Assembly: GCA_030693235.1 (NCBI GenBank)
Contig: JAUYBE010000006.1
Location: forward strand, 139,601 to 203,600
DNA length: 64,000 bases
Direction of reading: 5' to 3'
DNA from: a bacterium
Lineage (GTDB): Bacteria; Patescibacteriota; Minisyncoccia; UBA6257; UBA9933
In this document: positions 17,321 through 27,210 of the stretch, one piece after another
How positions within the stretch are numbered: position 1 is the stretch's first letter
Layout of the letters: every line of letters begins with the position of its first letter
Program-made: the position numbers and the translations under genes
Notes under the pieces: model-generated
What the model saw: only the letters and a program-made list of their open reading frames with translations
Told to the model about the DNA's origin: nothing
Database searches by the model: none

Positions 17321-18007
17321 ATGGGACAAAAAATTAGACCAGATTCATTTAGAACGGGAATTACCAGAGGATGGTTGGCAAATTGGTTTCCCAAAAGATT
17401 GGATTTTAAAAATTCGCTGGAAGAAGACGTTCTAATCAGGGAAATTATTAAAGAAAAAATCAATGCCGCCGGCATCGATAAAATTTTAATAGAAAAAACG
17501 GGCAATAATAATTATCGAATTTTTATAAAAGCCAGCCGTCCGGGACTGATTATCGGCCGAGGAGGAAAAGGAATTGAGGAATTGACCAAATTATTGGAAA
17601 ACAAACTGATAAAATTAAGAGAAAAAAAAGGCGTTTCAAGTCCGATATCTTTAAGTTTAAATATTGAAGAATTGAAGCGTTCGGAAATTTCAGCCAATGT
17701 TATTGCTCAAAATATCGCTTGGGATTTGGAAAAACGGTTGCCTTTTCGGCGGATTATGAAAAAAACTTTAGAGCAAATTCTTCAGAATAAAGAAGTCCAA
17801 GGAGCAAAAATCAGACTTTCGGGACGATTGGGTGGAGCTGAAATCGCCAGAGACGAACATCTGGAAAAGGGGAAGTTGCCTCTTCAGACGCTTCGGGCGA
17901 ATATCGATTACGGCGAAGTAACCGCTTTTACGACTTTTGGAACCATAGGCGTAAAGGTTTGGATATATAAGGGCTTGGTCTGGAATTATAAGGCGGAGCC
18001 GCAATAA
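17321..18007 (+). CDS. rpsC: 30S ribosomal protein S3
   Basis: MGQKIRPDSFRTGITRGW... KH domain. Confidence 0.9.
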   Translation: MGQKIRPDSFRTGITRGWLANWFPKRLDFKNSLEEDVLIREIIKEKINAAGIDKILIEKTGNNNYRIFIKASRPGLIIGRGGKGIEELTKLLENKLIKLREKKGVSSPISLSLNIEELKRSEISANVIAQNIAWDLEKRLPFRRIMKKTLEQILQNKEVQGAKIRLSGRLGGAEIARDEHLEKGKLPLQTLRANIDYGEVTAFTTFGTIGVKVWIYKGLVWNYKAEPQ

Positions 18008-18145
18008 TTACAGTAACCAAACCTTACCCCGCACATATTTTGCGAAACTAATTTTGAATTAATAAATTAAAAAACCAATGATTAAATTTAAAAATAATAT
18101 AGATAAATTTTTATCGCTCCGCTCTAAAATTTATATAAAAATCGC

Positions 18146-18556
18146 ATGTTAATACCAAAAAAAGTTAAACATCGAAAATGGCAGAAAGGAAGATCGCTGA
18201 ACAGAAAAATTGAAACAAGAGGCACCACCTTGTCTTTTGGGAGTTTTGGGCTTCAGGCGTTGGAAAGCGACTGGATTAATTCGAGACAAATTGAAGCTTC
18301 CAGAAAAGCCATAACTCATTTTACCAAGAAAGGCGGCAAAATGTGGATAAGAATTTTTCCTGACAAGCCGATAACCAAGAAACCGCCGGAAGTTACCATG
18401 GGCGGCGGCAAAGGAGCGGTTGAGTATTATGTTTTTCCGGTAAAATCCGGAAGGATTTTATTTGAAATTGACGGAATCAATAAAGAATTAGCCGAAGAGG
18501 CTTTAAGAAGAGCCGGCCATAAATTACCCGTGAAAACAAGAATAATTTCAAAATGA
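18146..18556 (+). CDS. rplP: 50S ribosomal protein L16
   Basis: [16 protein letters not shown]... uL16 N-terminus. Confidence 0.9.
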   Translation: MLIPKKVKHRKWQKGRSLNRKIETRGTTLSFGSFGLQALESDWINSRQIEASRKAITHFTKKGGKMWIRIFPDKPITKKPPEVTMGGGKGAVEYYVFPVKSGRILFEIDGINKELAEEALRRAGHKLPVKTRIISK

Positions 18557-18744
18557 AAAAACAAGAATTTCAACAATTTCAAAATAAGCCATTGATCGAG
18601 CTTCAAAAAGAATTATTGGACTATCGCGAGAAATTAAGAAAATTGAAGTTTGATTTGGCGCAGGGTAAAGTTAAAAATATTAAAGAAATAAACGGGACAA
18701 AGAAAATAATAGCGCGAATAATGACAATCATTAATATAAAGTAA
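18553..18744 (+). CDS. rpmC: 50S ribosomal protein L29
   Basis: 63 aa coiled helix; [24 protein letters not shown]. Confidence 0.8.
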   Translation: MKKQEFQQFQNKPLIELQKELLDYREKLRKLKFDLAQGKVKNIKEINGTKKIIARIMTIINIK

Positions 18745-18818
18745 TTGATAATTGCAAAATTGCTAATTGAAAGATTAATTTTTCAATCTTTAAATCAGCA
18801 ATCTTTCAATCATATTTT
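18745..18818. repeat. themed palindrome AATTGAAAGATT / AATCTTTCAATT (family G) before rpsQ
   Basis: gctaattgaaagattaa...ttcaatctttaaatcagcaatctttcaat. A related copy lies at 22600-22643. Confidence 0.55.
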
Positions 18819-19049
18819 ATGAAAAGAACACTACAAGGAACAATAGTTTCCGATAAAATGAATAAAACCAGAGTTGTGGCTGTAACGCGTCTTAAAAAAC
18901 ATCCGATATATCATAAATATTATAAAGTAACGCGGAAATTTAAGGCGCATGACGAAAAAAACGAATATAAGGCCGGAGAAAAAGTAATCATTGAAGAAAC
19001 AAGGCCGATCAGCAAAGATAAAAGATGGAGAATTATTGGGAAACAATAA
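18819..19049 (+). CDS. rpsQ: 30S ribosomal protein S17
   Basis: [18 protein letters not shown]...[27 protein letters not shown]. Confidence 0.85.
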   Translation: MKRTLQGTIVSDKMNKTRVVAVTRLKKHPIYHKYYKVTRKFKAHDEKNEYKAGEKVIIEETRPISKDKRWRIIGKQ

Positions 19050-19050
19050 G

Positions 19051-19118
19051 TTTTTAGGTTTTAGTTTTTAGGTTTTAGAGAATTTCTAACACCTAACACC
19101 TAACACCTAACACCTAAA
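19051..19118. repeat. family A themed palindrome abutting the rplN start
   Basis: Same motif and orientation. Ends 4 nt before the ATG at 19123. Confidence 0.8.
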
Positions 19119-19122
19119 TAAA

Positions 19123-19491
19123 ATGATTCAAGAACGTTCAATATTAAAAGTAGCCGATAATTCCGGAGCGAAAATAATCCGTTGTTTCAGGGTTTTGGGA
19201 GGAACGAGGCGCCGATACGCCGAAATCGGCGATATTATCGTTGCTTCGGTGCAAAAAGCCGAGCCCCGAAAACCGATTAAGAAAAAAGAAATAGTTAAGG
19301 CGGTAATTGTCAGGCAGAAAAAAACTTTTTGCCGTCGGGACGGTTCGTGCGTCAGATTCGATGAGAATGCCGCGGTTTTAATCGACGCTAAAAAAGAACC
19401 GCGAGCCACCAGAATTTTCGGACCGATTCCTCGGGAAATTAAAGAAAAAGGTTTCGAAAAAATAGCAACAATGGCGGAAGAAATAATATAA
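19123..19491 (+). CDS. rplN: 50S ribosomal protein L14
   Basis: MIQERSILKVADNSGAK... uL14 N-terminus. Confidence 0.9.
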   Translation: MIQERSILKVADNSGAKIIRCFRVLGGTRRRYAEIGDIIVASVQKAEPRKPIKKKEIVKAVIVRQKKTFCRRDGSCVRFDENAAVLIDAKKEPRATRIFGPIPREIKEKGFEKIATMAEEII

Positions 19492-19496
19492 ATCAC

Positions 19497-19535
19497 CGAA
19501 TAACGAATTTATACGAATATACGAATATGCGAATA
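19497..19535. repeat. tandem (TACGAATA)-type repeats that copy the first codons of rplX (ATGCGAATA)
   Basis: cgaataacgaatttatacgaatatacgaatATGcgaata. Confidence 0.6.
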
Positions 19536-19832
19536 AAAAAAGGAGACACAGTTAAAATAATTGCCGGTAAAGATAAAGGAAAATCAGCAAAGGTCTTAAA
19601 GGTTTTTCCGGTTAAAAACAAAATTTTGATTGACGGTTTGAATGTTTATAAAAAACACGTTAAACCGAAAAAGCAAGGAGAAAAAGGCCAAACGGTTTTG
19701 GTGCCACGGCCGATTTATGTTTCCAATGCGATGTTGGTTTGTTCGGGTTGCGGCAATTCCGTAAAAACCGGCTATCGTTTGGGTAATGAAAAAAAAGAGA
19801 GAATATGTAAGAAATGCGGAGCGGTAATATAA
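19527..19832 (+). CDS. rplX: 50S ribosomal protein L24 with a C-terminal CxxC...CxxC zinc-ribbon extension
   Basis: KOW motif (KKGDTVKIIAGKDKGK) plus CSGCG...CKKCG. Confidence 0.85.
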   Translation: MRIKKGDTVKIIAGKDKGKSAKVLKVFPVKNKILIDGLNVYKKHVKPKKQGEKGQTVLVPRPIYVSNAMLVCSGCGNSVKTGYRLGNEKKERICKKCGAVI

Positions 19833-20380
19833 TGAAATTTTTTATGGATAAATCAATAATTAAAAAAATAAAAGAAGAGTTGGGTTATAAAAATAATCTG
19901 GAAGCTCCGGTAATAGAAAAAATCGTTGTCGGTGTTGGCGTAGGAAGATTGTCGCAGCAACCTAATTTTGAAGAGAAAATTTTGCCGGAACTGATAAAAG
20001 ATCTTTCTTTGATTACCGGTCAGAAACCGGCCGTCTGCAAGGCAAAAAAATCAATTGCCGGTTTTAAGATTCGAATGGGGCAGATTGTCGGTTTAAAAAC
20101 CGTTCTTCGCCGCGGAAGAATGTATGATTTTCTTGAAAAATTGATTAAAATGGTTTTTCCGCGAGTTAGGGATTTTCAAGGGATTGATCTTAAAAACATG
20201 GATGCTCAAGGGAATTTGTCAGTCGGCTTGAAAGAGCATACTGTTTTTCCGGAAATCAATCCTGAAAATTCCAAAGTTGACTTTGGACTGGAAATTAGTA
20301 TTGTAATTAAGGCTAAAACAAAAGAAGAAGCGATAAAATTATACAGATTGTTGGGAATACCGTTAAAAAAACATGGCTAA
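19832..20380 (+). CDS. rplE: 50S ribosomal protein L5
   Basis: uL5 motifs (ITGQKP...GMDFGL...). The start is ambiguous (19814, 19832 or 19844). Confidence 0.85.
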   Translation: MKFFMDKSIIKKIKEELGYKNNLEAPVIEKIVVGVGVGRLSQQPNFEEKILPELIKDLSLITGQKPAVCKAKKSIAGFKIRMGQIVGLKTVLRRGRMYDFLEKLIKMVFPRVRDFQGIDLKNMDAQGNLSVGLKEHTVFPEINPENSKVDFGLEISIVIKAKTKEEAIKLYRLLGIPLKKHG

Positions 20381-20558
20381 AAAATCAGTAATCGCCAGAG
20401 CGAAAAAAACACCAAAGTATTCAACGCGAATTGTTAATCGTTGTTTTAAGTGCGGTCGAAAGCGCGGTTATCTTCGCGATTTCGGATTGTGCAGAATTTG
20501 TTTCAGAGAAATGGCATCAAAGGGCGAGATACCCGGGGTGAAGAAGGCATCATGGTAA
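20373..20558 (+). CDS. rpsZ: 30S ribosomal protein S14 type Z (zinc-binding, 61 aa)
   Basis: [23 protein letters not shown]. Confidence 0.85.
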   Translation: MAKKSVIARAKKTPKYSTRIVNRCFKCGRKRGYLRDFGLCRICFREMASKGEIPGVKKASW

Positions 20559-20559
20559 A

Positions 20560-20705
20560 GAATAATTCGAGAATAAATTCTCGATTATTCTAATTAAGAA
20601 TTAAGAATGCAGAATTAAGAATTAAAATGAATAATTTAAAAAATATTAAAACGCTAATTCTGAATTTATAATTCTAAATTCTTAATTAGCGAAATGAAAT
20701 TTCGC
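20560..20705. repeat. hairpin GAATAATTCGAGA/TCTCGATTATTC, then a themed palindrome (AATTAAGAATT)n, then a GCGAAATgaaATTTCGC hairpin abutting the rpsH ATG
   Basis: Direct reading of the rpsZ-rpsH spacer. Confidence 0.6.
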
Positions 20706-20706
20706 T

Positions 20707-21087
20707 ATGTATACAGATTTATTAATAAAACTTAAAAACGCCCAGGCGGTAAAAAAAGAAAGCGTTAAAATCCATTATTCAAAAATGGATGAGCGGATTC
20801 TTGAAGTTTTAAAAGAAAATAATTATATAAAAGATTTTGATAAAAAAGGAAAAGGAACGAAGCGAGTGATGGAGATTGAATTAAAATATTACAACGAAGG
20901 AAAAGCGATAAGCGGAATTAAATTTATCAGTAAACCGTCGCGCCGAATTTATATCGGTTACAAAGATATCAGAGCCACAAAGCACGGTTATGGTTTGTCG
21001 GTTGTTTCAACGCCGAAAGGAATTATAACCGGCAAAGAGGCGAGGAAAATAAAAGTCGGCGGAGAGATGTTGTTTGAGATATGGTAA
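20707..21087 (+). CDS. rpsH: 30S ribosomal protein S8
   Basis: MYTDLLIKLKNAQ... uS8 pattern. Confidence 0.9.
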   Translation: MYTDLLIKLKNAQAVKKESVKIHYSKMDERILEVLKENNYIKDFDKKGKGTKRVMEIELKYYNEGKAISGIKFISKPSRRIYIGYKDIRATKHGYGLSVVSTPKGIITGKEARKIKVGGEMLFEIW

Positions 21088-21089
21088 GA

Positions 21090-21180
21090 GCATACGAAAA
21101 TACGAAAACATACGAAAAATACGAAAACTAACTTTCGTACATTCGTACAATTTCGTACTTTCGTAAGAAAACTTCGTATG
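21090..21180. repeat. family B themed palindrome whose 3' arm includes the rplF ATG
   Basis: gcatacgaaaatacgaaaacatacgaaaaatacgaaaa...tttcgtacattcgtacaatttcgtactttcgtaagaaaacttcgtATG. Confidence 0.8.
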
Positions 21181-21723
21181 AGTAAAATCGGCAAAAAACC
21201 AATAATTATTCCCGATAACGTCGAGTTTAAAATAAACGGCGGTTTTTTGGAATTAAAAGGCGCCAGCGGCGTTCTTAGTTTAAAAATTCTTCCTTATATA
21301 AAAGTTAAATCGGAAGACAAAACTATTTCATTTGCTCCGGAAAATGATTCAAAACAGGCCAGAGCCAATTGGGGAACTATAAGAGCGTTAACTTTTAATG
21401 CCGTTATCGGTGTTGCTCAGGGATTTAATAAAATTCTGGAAATTGAAGGCGTCGGTTTTAAAGCGAATATGGAAGGCGATATTTTAGTGTTGAATATAGG
21501 TTATTCTCATCCGGTAAAATTTGTCTCTCCGGAAGGCGTTAAAATTTCCGTTGAAAAAAATACCATTAAAGTTTCAGGAATCGATAAATCTCTAGTCGGC
21601 GAGACGGCGGCTAAAATAAGAGCTTTAAAGAAACCGGAACCGTATAAAGGGAAGGGTATTAAATATCAAGGTGAAGTAATCCGTCGAAAAGCCGGAAAGA
21701 AGGTGGCCGGAGCGGCTAAATAA
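21178..21723 (+). CDS. rplF: 50S ribosomal protein L6
   Basis: MSKIGKKPI.IP..V... two-domain uL6 pattern. Confidence 0.9.
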   Translation: MSKIGKKPIIIPDNVEFKINGGFLELKGASGVLSLKILPYIKVKSEDKTISFAPENDSKQARANWGTIRALTFNAVIGVAQGFNKILEIEGVGFKANMEGDILVLNIGYSHPVKFVSPEGVKISVEKNTIKVSGIDKSLVGETAAKIRALKKPEPYKGKGIKYQGEVIRRKAGKKVAGAAK

Positions 21724-21750
21724 ATGTAAAAATCAAATTAAATTTTATTC

Positions 21751-22119
21751 ATGACTAAAACCAAGGTATTAAATAAAATAAGAGAGCGAAGAAAGAAACG
21801 GACACGAGCAAAAATCCATGGAACCGCCGAAAAGCCGCGGCTTTCGGTTTTCCGGTCTAATCGTTATACTTATGTACAATTGATTGATGACGAAAAGGGA
21901 AAGACTTTGGTTGGCGCCTCCAGCAGAGAAATTAAAAAGTCAAAGATTAAAAGTCAAGAGTCAAAGGTTGCTTTGGCTGGGCAGTTAGGGGAATTGATTG
22001 CGAAAAAAGCCGTCGAAAAAGGCATTGGAAAAGCGGTTTTTAATCGGGGAAATTATAAATATCACGGTCGAGTCAAAGCCGTGGCGGAAGGGGCAAGAAA
22101 AGAAGGACTGCAATTATAA
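21751..22119 (+). CDS. rplR: 50S ribosomal protein L18
   Basis: [30 protein letters not shown]. Confidence 0.85.
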   Translation: MTKTKVLNKIRERRKKRTRAKIHGTAEKPRLSVFRSNRYTYVQLIDDEKGKTLVGASSREIKKSKIKSQESKVALAGQLGELIAKKAVEKGIGKAVFNRGNYKYHGRVKAVAEGARKEGLQL

Positions 22120-22129
22120 GTATTTTACT

Positions 22130-22603
22130 ATGCGAGAATTTAAAAAGAAAAGCGAATATAAGGAAAAAGTATTGGATATGCGTCGGGTTACGCGTGTGGT
22201 TGCCGGCGGCAAGCGATTTCGTTTTCGAGCGACCGTTATTATCGGCGATGAAAAAGGAAGAGTTGGCGTGGGGATAGCTAAGGGATTGGATGTCGCGCAA
22301 GCCATTGATAAAGCCAAAACAGACGCCAGAAAACATCTAATAACGGTTTTTTTGGAAAAACGAACTATTCCTTACGAATCTGAAGCGAAATTCAGCGCCG
22401 CGAAAGTTATTATTAAGCCCGCCAAGGCGGGTCATGGACTTAAAGCCGGCGGAGCGGTAAGACAAGTTTTGCTTTTAGCCGGGGTAAGAGACGCGACAGC
22501 AAAGTGTTTGGGCGGAACGAAAAATAAACTAACTAATGCGATGGCGACGATAGAAGCCCTGAAAAAATTAAAAAATTGCAAGATTGAAAAATTGAAAAAT
22601 TAA
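22130..22603 (+). CDS. rpsE: 30S ribosomal protein S5
   Basis: VTRVVAGGKRFRFRATVIIGDEKGRVGVGIAKG... Start is placed at the internal ATG at 22130 because the listed 21998 start overlaps rplR. Confidence 0.85.
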   Translation: MREFKKKSEYKEKVLDMRRVTRVVAGGKRFRFRATVIIGDEKGRVGVGIAKGLDVAQAIDKAKTDARKHLITVFLEKRTIPYESEAKFSAAKVIIKPAKAGHGLKAGGAVRQVLLLAGVRDATAKCLGGTKNKLTNAMATIEALKKLKNCKIEKLKN

Positions 22604-22643
22604 TCTTTAAATCTTTCAATTAGCAATCTTTCAATAGTTTTAT

Positions 22644-23060
22644 ATGCAACTTCATCAACTTAAGCCAACAACTAAATCAAAAAACAAAAAGCGTATTGGA
22701 CGCGGCGGTAAGCGCGGCACTTATTCTGGTCGAGGGCAAAAAGGCCAGAAATCGCGCGCTGGTCATGTCATTCGTCCCGCCGAGCGGGATTTAATTCAAC
22801 GGTTGCCGAAGCTTCGAGGGCATAAGTTTAAGTCGCTGAAAATAAAACCGATTGTTTTGAATTTGGGCAATTTAGAAAAAATGAAAGGCGACGTAATTAA
22901 TATGAAAACCATCCTGGAAGCGGGCTTGATTAGAAAGTCCGACAAAGAGGTTAAAATTTTAGGCAAAGGCGCGATTAAAAAGCCAATTAAAATTGAAGGA
23001 TTAAAAATTTCAAAAAGCGCCAAGAAAAAAATAGAATCCGCCGGCGGCAGTGTTTCGTGA
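22644..23060 (+). CDS. rplO: 50S ribosomal protein L15
   Basis: KKRIGRGGKRGTYSGRGQKGQKSRAG... uL15. Confidence 0.85.
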   Translation: MQLHQLKPTTKSKNKKRIGRGGKRGTYSGRGQKGQKSRAGHVIRPAERDLIQRLPKLRGHKFKSLKIKPIVLNLGNLEKMKGDVINMKTILEAGLIRKSDKEVKILGKGAIKKPIKIEGLKISKSAKKKIESAGGSVS

Positions 23061-23098
23061 ATTATGAATTATGAATAATGAATTAAGTTTTAAATTTC
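23059..23098. repeat. tandem (GAATTAT)x3 repeats resembling the secY start (ATGAATAAG)
   Basis: tgaattatgaattatgaataatgaattaagttttaaatttcATGaataag. Confidence 0.55.
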
Positions 23099-24367
23099 AT
23101 GAATAAGTTTCTTCAAATCTTCAAAATCAAAGAATTGCGCAATAAAATTTTAGTGGTGGCTTTTTTGTTGCTGTCTTTCCGCGCTTTGGCGGTAATTCCC
23201 GTTCCCGGCGTTGATATTTTGCGCTTAAAGGAGTTTTTCGCCTCCAATCAATTATTCGGTTTTTTGAATCTTTTTTCCGGCGGCGCTTTGGCTAATTTAT
23301 CAATTGTTATGTTGGGGGTGGCTCCTTACATTACAGCCACCATTATTATGCAGCTTTTGACAATGATTTTCCCGAAATTGAAAGCGATGTATCACGAAGA
23401 AGGCGCTGTCGGCAAAGCGAAATTTAATCGTTATTCTCGCTACTTGACCGTTCCTTTGGCAGGTCTTCAATCGTACGGTTTTTTAAATCTTTTGATTTCT
23501 CAAGGAGCGTTGCCGGTTTTAGGGTTATTTGATTTAATAAGAAATGTCGTTATTATTTCCGCTGGTTCCATAATTTTGGTTTGGCTCGGGGAATTAATAA
23601 CCGAACAAAAAATTGGCAATGGTATTTCTTTGATTATTTTTGCCGGCATTGTCAGCGGTTTGCCAACAACTGTTTGGCAGGCAATTACCGCCTATGATCC
23701 GGCGATTTTGCCGACTTATATTGTTTTTATTATTGTGGCGATTTTAGTAATTGCCGGTGTGGTTTTTATTAACGAAGGGGAGAGAAAAATTCCGATTGCT
23801 TACGCCAAGCGCGTCAGGGGAATGAAAATGTACGGCGGCTCCTCGAGTTATTTGCCGCTCAAAGTCAATCAAGCCGGCGTGATTCCCATAATTTTTGCCA
23901 TTTCTATTTTGCTTTTTCCGCAATTTTTCGCGCAGGCAGTGTCGATTTTTTCCAAAGATTTATCTCTTAAGCTTATTGATTTGGTTAATAATGTTTTTAA
24001 TAATCTATATCTTTACAGTTTGTTTTATTTCGGATTGGTGGTTATTTTTACTTATTTTTACACGGCCGTCACTTTTGATCCGAAAGAAATTTCAAAAAAT
24101 CTCCAACGCGCCGGCGGTTTTATTTCGGGTATCAGGCCGGGCGATTCAACTTCAGGTTTTCTTTCTAAAATCATTAGCCGCTTGACTCTTTCTGGAGCGA
24201 TATTTTTAGGATTGGTGGCAATTTTGCCGAATTTAACGCAGATGGTTACCGGTATTACTATTTTAACCATCGGCGGCACGGCGCTGTTGATTGTTGTTTC
24301 GGTGGCTTTGGAAACAATTAGGCAGATTAATTCGCAATTAGTGATGAGGGAGTATGAGGAAATATAG
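23099..24367 (+). CDS. secY: preprotein translocase subunit SecY
   Basis: 10-TM protein in the expected position after rplO. Confidence 0.9.
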   Translation: MNKFLQIFKIKELRNKILVVAFLLLSFRALAVIPVPGVDILRLKEFFASNQLFGFLNLFSGGALANLSIVMLGVAPYITATIIMQLLTMIFPKLKAMYHEEGAVGKAKFNRYSRYLTVPLAGLQSYGFLNLLISQGALPVLGLFDLIRNVVIISAGSIILVWLGELITEQKIGNGISLIIFAGIVSGLPTTVWQAITAYDPAILPTYIVFIIVAILVIAGVVFINEGERKIPIAYAKRVRGMKMYGGSSSYLPLKVNQAGVIPIIFAISILLFPQFFAQAVSIFSKDLSLKLIDLVNNVFNNLYLYSLFYFGLVVIFTYFYTAVTFDPKEISKNLQRAGGFISGIRPGDSTSGFLSKIISRLTLSGAIFLGLVAILPNLTQMVTGITILTIGGTALLIVVSVALETIRQINSQLVMREYEEI

Positions 24368-24460
24368 TAAAAGTTAAAAGTTCATAAAGTTCATAAAGTT
24401 TATAAAGTCGCGGATTAAAACACTTTATAACATTATAACTTTCAACTTTATAAACTAATA
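24368..24460. repeat. themed palindrome (AAGTTCATAAAGTT)n / (ACTTTATAA)n before adk
   Basis: aagttcataaagttcataaagtttataaagt ... actttataacattataactttcaactttataaact. Confidence 0.6.
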
Positions 24461-25198
24461 ATGATAGCAATCATAATGTATGGTCCTCCGGGCTCCGGTA
24501 AAGGAACTCAGGCTAAGCTTTTAGCCGATAAATTCGGGTTGATTCATTTTGACACAGGGAAATACATTGAACGAGTTGTTCACAATTCAAAAAATAAAAA
24601 AAATAAAATAATTCAAAAACAGCGCGAATTATTTGATTCCGGAATTTTATGCGATCCTTCTTGGGTTTTTAAAATTGTAAGCGAAAAAACTCGCCAGTTG
24701 GTTAAAATTGGTTTTGGTATTGTCTTTAGCGGCTCCCCCCGGACGTTTTACGAAACCTTTGGCATAAAACACGAAACAGACGCGAAAATTAAAAAAAACA
24801 CGAAACAGACGCGAAAATTAACAAGGGGTTTAATTGATATTTTAGAAAAATATTACGGCAAGAAAAATGTTTTTGTTTTTAATATTGATATTTCCGATAA
24901 AAATTCAATCAAAAGAAACGGCAATCGTTTAATGTGCTCGGTTTGCGGGACTCAGATATTAAATAAAGTTTTAAAGTTTAAAAGTTTAAAAGTTTCAAAG
25001 TGTCCGTTTTGCGGCGGAAAACTTTATCGCCGGACATTAGACAAACCGGAAATCATTAAAGTAAGATTAAAAGAATATCGGGAAAGAACATTGCCGATTC
25101 AAAAAGAATTGAAAAAACGCGGTTATAAAATTATTGATATTAATGGCGAGTCCTTGCCGGAAAAAGTTCATAAAAAAATATCTTCTTATTTAACTTAG
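24461..25198 (+). CDS. adk: adenylate kinase (zinc-LID type) carrying repeat-derived insertions
   Basis: GPPGSGKGTQA P-loop. CSVCG...CPFCGG LID. Internal 29-nt direct repeat and an AAGTTTAAAAGTT array. Confidence 0.8.
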   Translation: MIAIIMYGPPGSGKGTQAKLLADKFGLIHFDTGKYIERVVHNSKNKKNKIIQKQRELFDSGILCDPSWVFKIVSEKTRQLVKIGFGIVFSGSPRTFYETFGIKHETDAKIKKNTKQTRKLTRGLIDILEKYYGKKNVFVFNIDISDKNSIKRNGNRLMCSVCGTQILNKVLKFKSLKVSKCPFCGGKLYRRTLDKPEIIKVRLKEYRERTLPIQKELKKRGYKIIDINGESLPEKVHKKISSYLT

Positions 25199-25199
25199 A

Positions 25200-25964
25200 A
25201 TGGTCAATACTTATTCTTTTTCTGAAATTAAAAAAATCGTCTTAGCCGGCAAAATTTTGGCGAAAATTTTGGAAACCGTTAAAAAAGAAGTAAAAGTCGG
25301 AGTTAGTTTAAGACATTTAGATAGATTAGCTTTTCAGCTTGCTAAAAAATACAAAGCCAGACCTGCTTTTTTGGGTTATCAACCGGATAACGCCTCAAAA
25401 CCGTTTGGCGGCTCAATTTGCGCTTCGATTAACGACGTAATTGTTCACGGTTTGCCTTCGGATTATAAACTTCAAAACGGCGATGTTTTGAAAATTGATT
25501 TTGGAATTGAGTACCAAAGTTTTTTTGCTGACGCCGCGATTACTATTGGTATTGACGAGATTTCCAAAGAAACAAAACATTTAATTGAAACAACCGAATC
25601 GGCTTTAAAAAAAGCGATTAAAATGGCGAAGCCGGGAAGAACTTTGGGCGATATCGGCTGGATTATTGAAAAAACCGCGGAGGATAACGGATTAAAAGTA
25701 ATAAAAGATTTAACCGGCCATGGTATCGGTAGAGAACTTCACGAAGACCCCGTGATTTATAATTTTGGCAAAAAGGCAAGCGGGATTAAATTGGAACCAG
25801 GAATGGTTTTGGCAATTGAACCGATGTTCTCCATTGGTTCCGGAAAAATTATCCAACGTCCGGACGAAAGTTGGGCGACAGAAGACGGCTCTTTATCGGC
25901 TCATTTTGAGCATACAATCGCGATTACCGAAAAGGGATCACAGATATTAACCATTAACAATTGA
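25200..25964 (+). CDS. map: methionine aminopeptidase type I
   Basis: Pita-bread fold motifs with D, D, H, E, E metal ligand positions. Confidence 0.85.
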   Translation: MVNTYSFSEIKKIVLAGKILAKILETVKKEVKVGVSLRHLDRLAFQLAKKYKARPAFLGYQPDNASKPFGGSICASINDVIVHGLPSDYKLQNGDVLKIDFGIEYQSFFADAAITIGIDEISKETKHLIETTESALKKAIKMAKPGRTLGDIGWIIEKTAEDNGLKVIKDLTGHGIGRELHEDPVIYNFGKKASGIKLEPGMVLAIEPMFSIGSGKIIQRPDESWATEDGSLSAHFEHTIAITEKGSQILTINN

Positions 25965-26001
25965 CTATTAACCATTGACCGCATAGAATATTCTTATTAA
26001 A

Positions 26002-26751
26002 ATGAAACCTTATCTTTCCGTCATCATTCCTGCTTATAACGAGGCCAAGCGTTTGCCGCTGACTTTAATTGATATTGACAAGCATCTTAAAAGCGCGGAT
26101 TTTTCTTATGAAATTATTGTTGTTGATAATAATTCCACCGATGCCACGCCGGCAGTCGTTGAAAGATTTTCGCATTTGATTGAAAATTTAAAATTAATAG
26201 AATGTCATATTCCGGGCAAAGGAGCGGCGGTAAAAAAGGGGATGCTTGAAGCAAAGGGTGAAATCCGGATTTTCACGGATGCGGATAATTCCACTTCAAT
26301 CGACCAATTCAATAAAATGATTCCTTATTTTTGTAGAAGCGGAACTACGCGGAATAAAATAGGATATGATATCGTAATCGGTTCCCGAGACATTGAAGGC
26401 GCTAAATTAATTCCATCTCAACCATGGTATAAAAGGCTGGCGGGCAATCTTGGCAATTTATTTATTCAATTTATGCTTTTGCCCGGAATTTGGGATACCC
26501 AGTGCGGTTTTAAAGCGTTTACCGAAGAAGCGGCCGAGAAAATTTTTCCCTTAATAAAAATCAGCCGTTGGGGGTTTGACGTTGAAATTTTGGCTTTGGC
26601 GAAAAAATTCGGCTATAAAATTAAAGAAATTCCCGTTGTCTGGGTGAATAATCCGTTTTCGTATGTCAAAGCATCGGCGTATATTCAGGTTTTGTTGGAA
26701 GTGGTGAAAATAAAATGGTGGATAATAACAAATAAATATAAAATAAAATAA
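26002..26751 (+). CDS. family 2 glycosyltransferase (dolichyl/polyprenyl-phosphate sugar synthase-like)
   Basis: SVIIPAYNEA...VVDNNSTD... GT2 N-terminal motifs. Confidence 0.7.
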   Translation: MKPYLSVIIPAYNEAKRLPLTLIDIDKHLKSADFSYEIIVVDNNSTDATPAVVERFSHLIENLKLIECHIPGKGAAVKKGMLEAKGEIRIFTDADNSTSIDQFNKMIPYFCRSGTTRNKIGYDIVIGSRDIEGAKLIPSQPWYKRLAGNLGNLFIQFMLLPGIWDTQCGFKAFTEEAAEKIFPLIKISRWGFDVEILALAKKFGYKIKEIPVVWVNNPFSYVKASAYIQVLLEVVKIKWWIITNKYKIK

Positions 26752-26753
26752 TT

Positions 26754-27209
26754 ATGCAACATCATCTTACCAAAGAAGGTTTAGAGGAATTAAAAAAGGA
26801 ATTGGAGTCTTTTAAAAAAGAAGGCCGTCAGGAAATTGCCGAACGATTAAAACGCGCCAAAGAATACGGCGACCTTTCGGAGAATTCGGAATACGCTGAT
26901 GCCAAAGAATCCCAAACCAAACTTGAAAGCCGGATTTTTGAATTGGAAAAAATAATCAGAAACGCGGTTTTGATTAAAAAGAGCGTCTATAAAGACAAGG
27001 TAAATATTGGCTCAACTATTGAAGTTCAAAAAGGAAGTAAGATGTTTAAATACACGATTGTCGGTTCAAAAGAAGCGCGGCCGGAAGCGAATTTAATTTC
27101 CAACGAGTCGCCGTTGGGCAAAGCGTTTTTGGGCGGAAAAATCGGAGACAAAGTTGAGATTAATACGCCTAATGGAGAAGTTGATTATAAAATAATAAAA
27201 ATAGAGTAG
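26754..27209 (+). CDS. greA: transcription elongation factor GreA
   Basis: YGDLSENSEYADAKE motif; 151 aa. Confidence 0.8.
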   Translation: MQHHLTKEGLEELKKELESFKKEGRQEIAERLKRAKEYGDLSENSEYADAKESQTKLESRIFELEKIIRNAVLIKKSVYKDKVNIGSTIEVQKGSKMFKYTIVGSKEARPEANLISNESPLGKAFLGGKIGDKVEINTPNGEVDYKIIKIE

Positions 27210-27210
27210 C

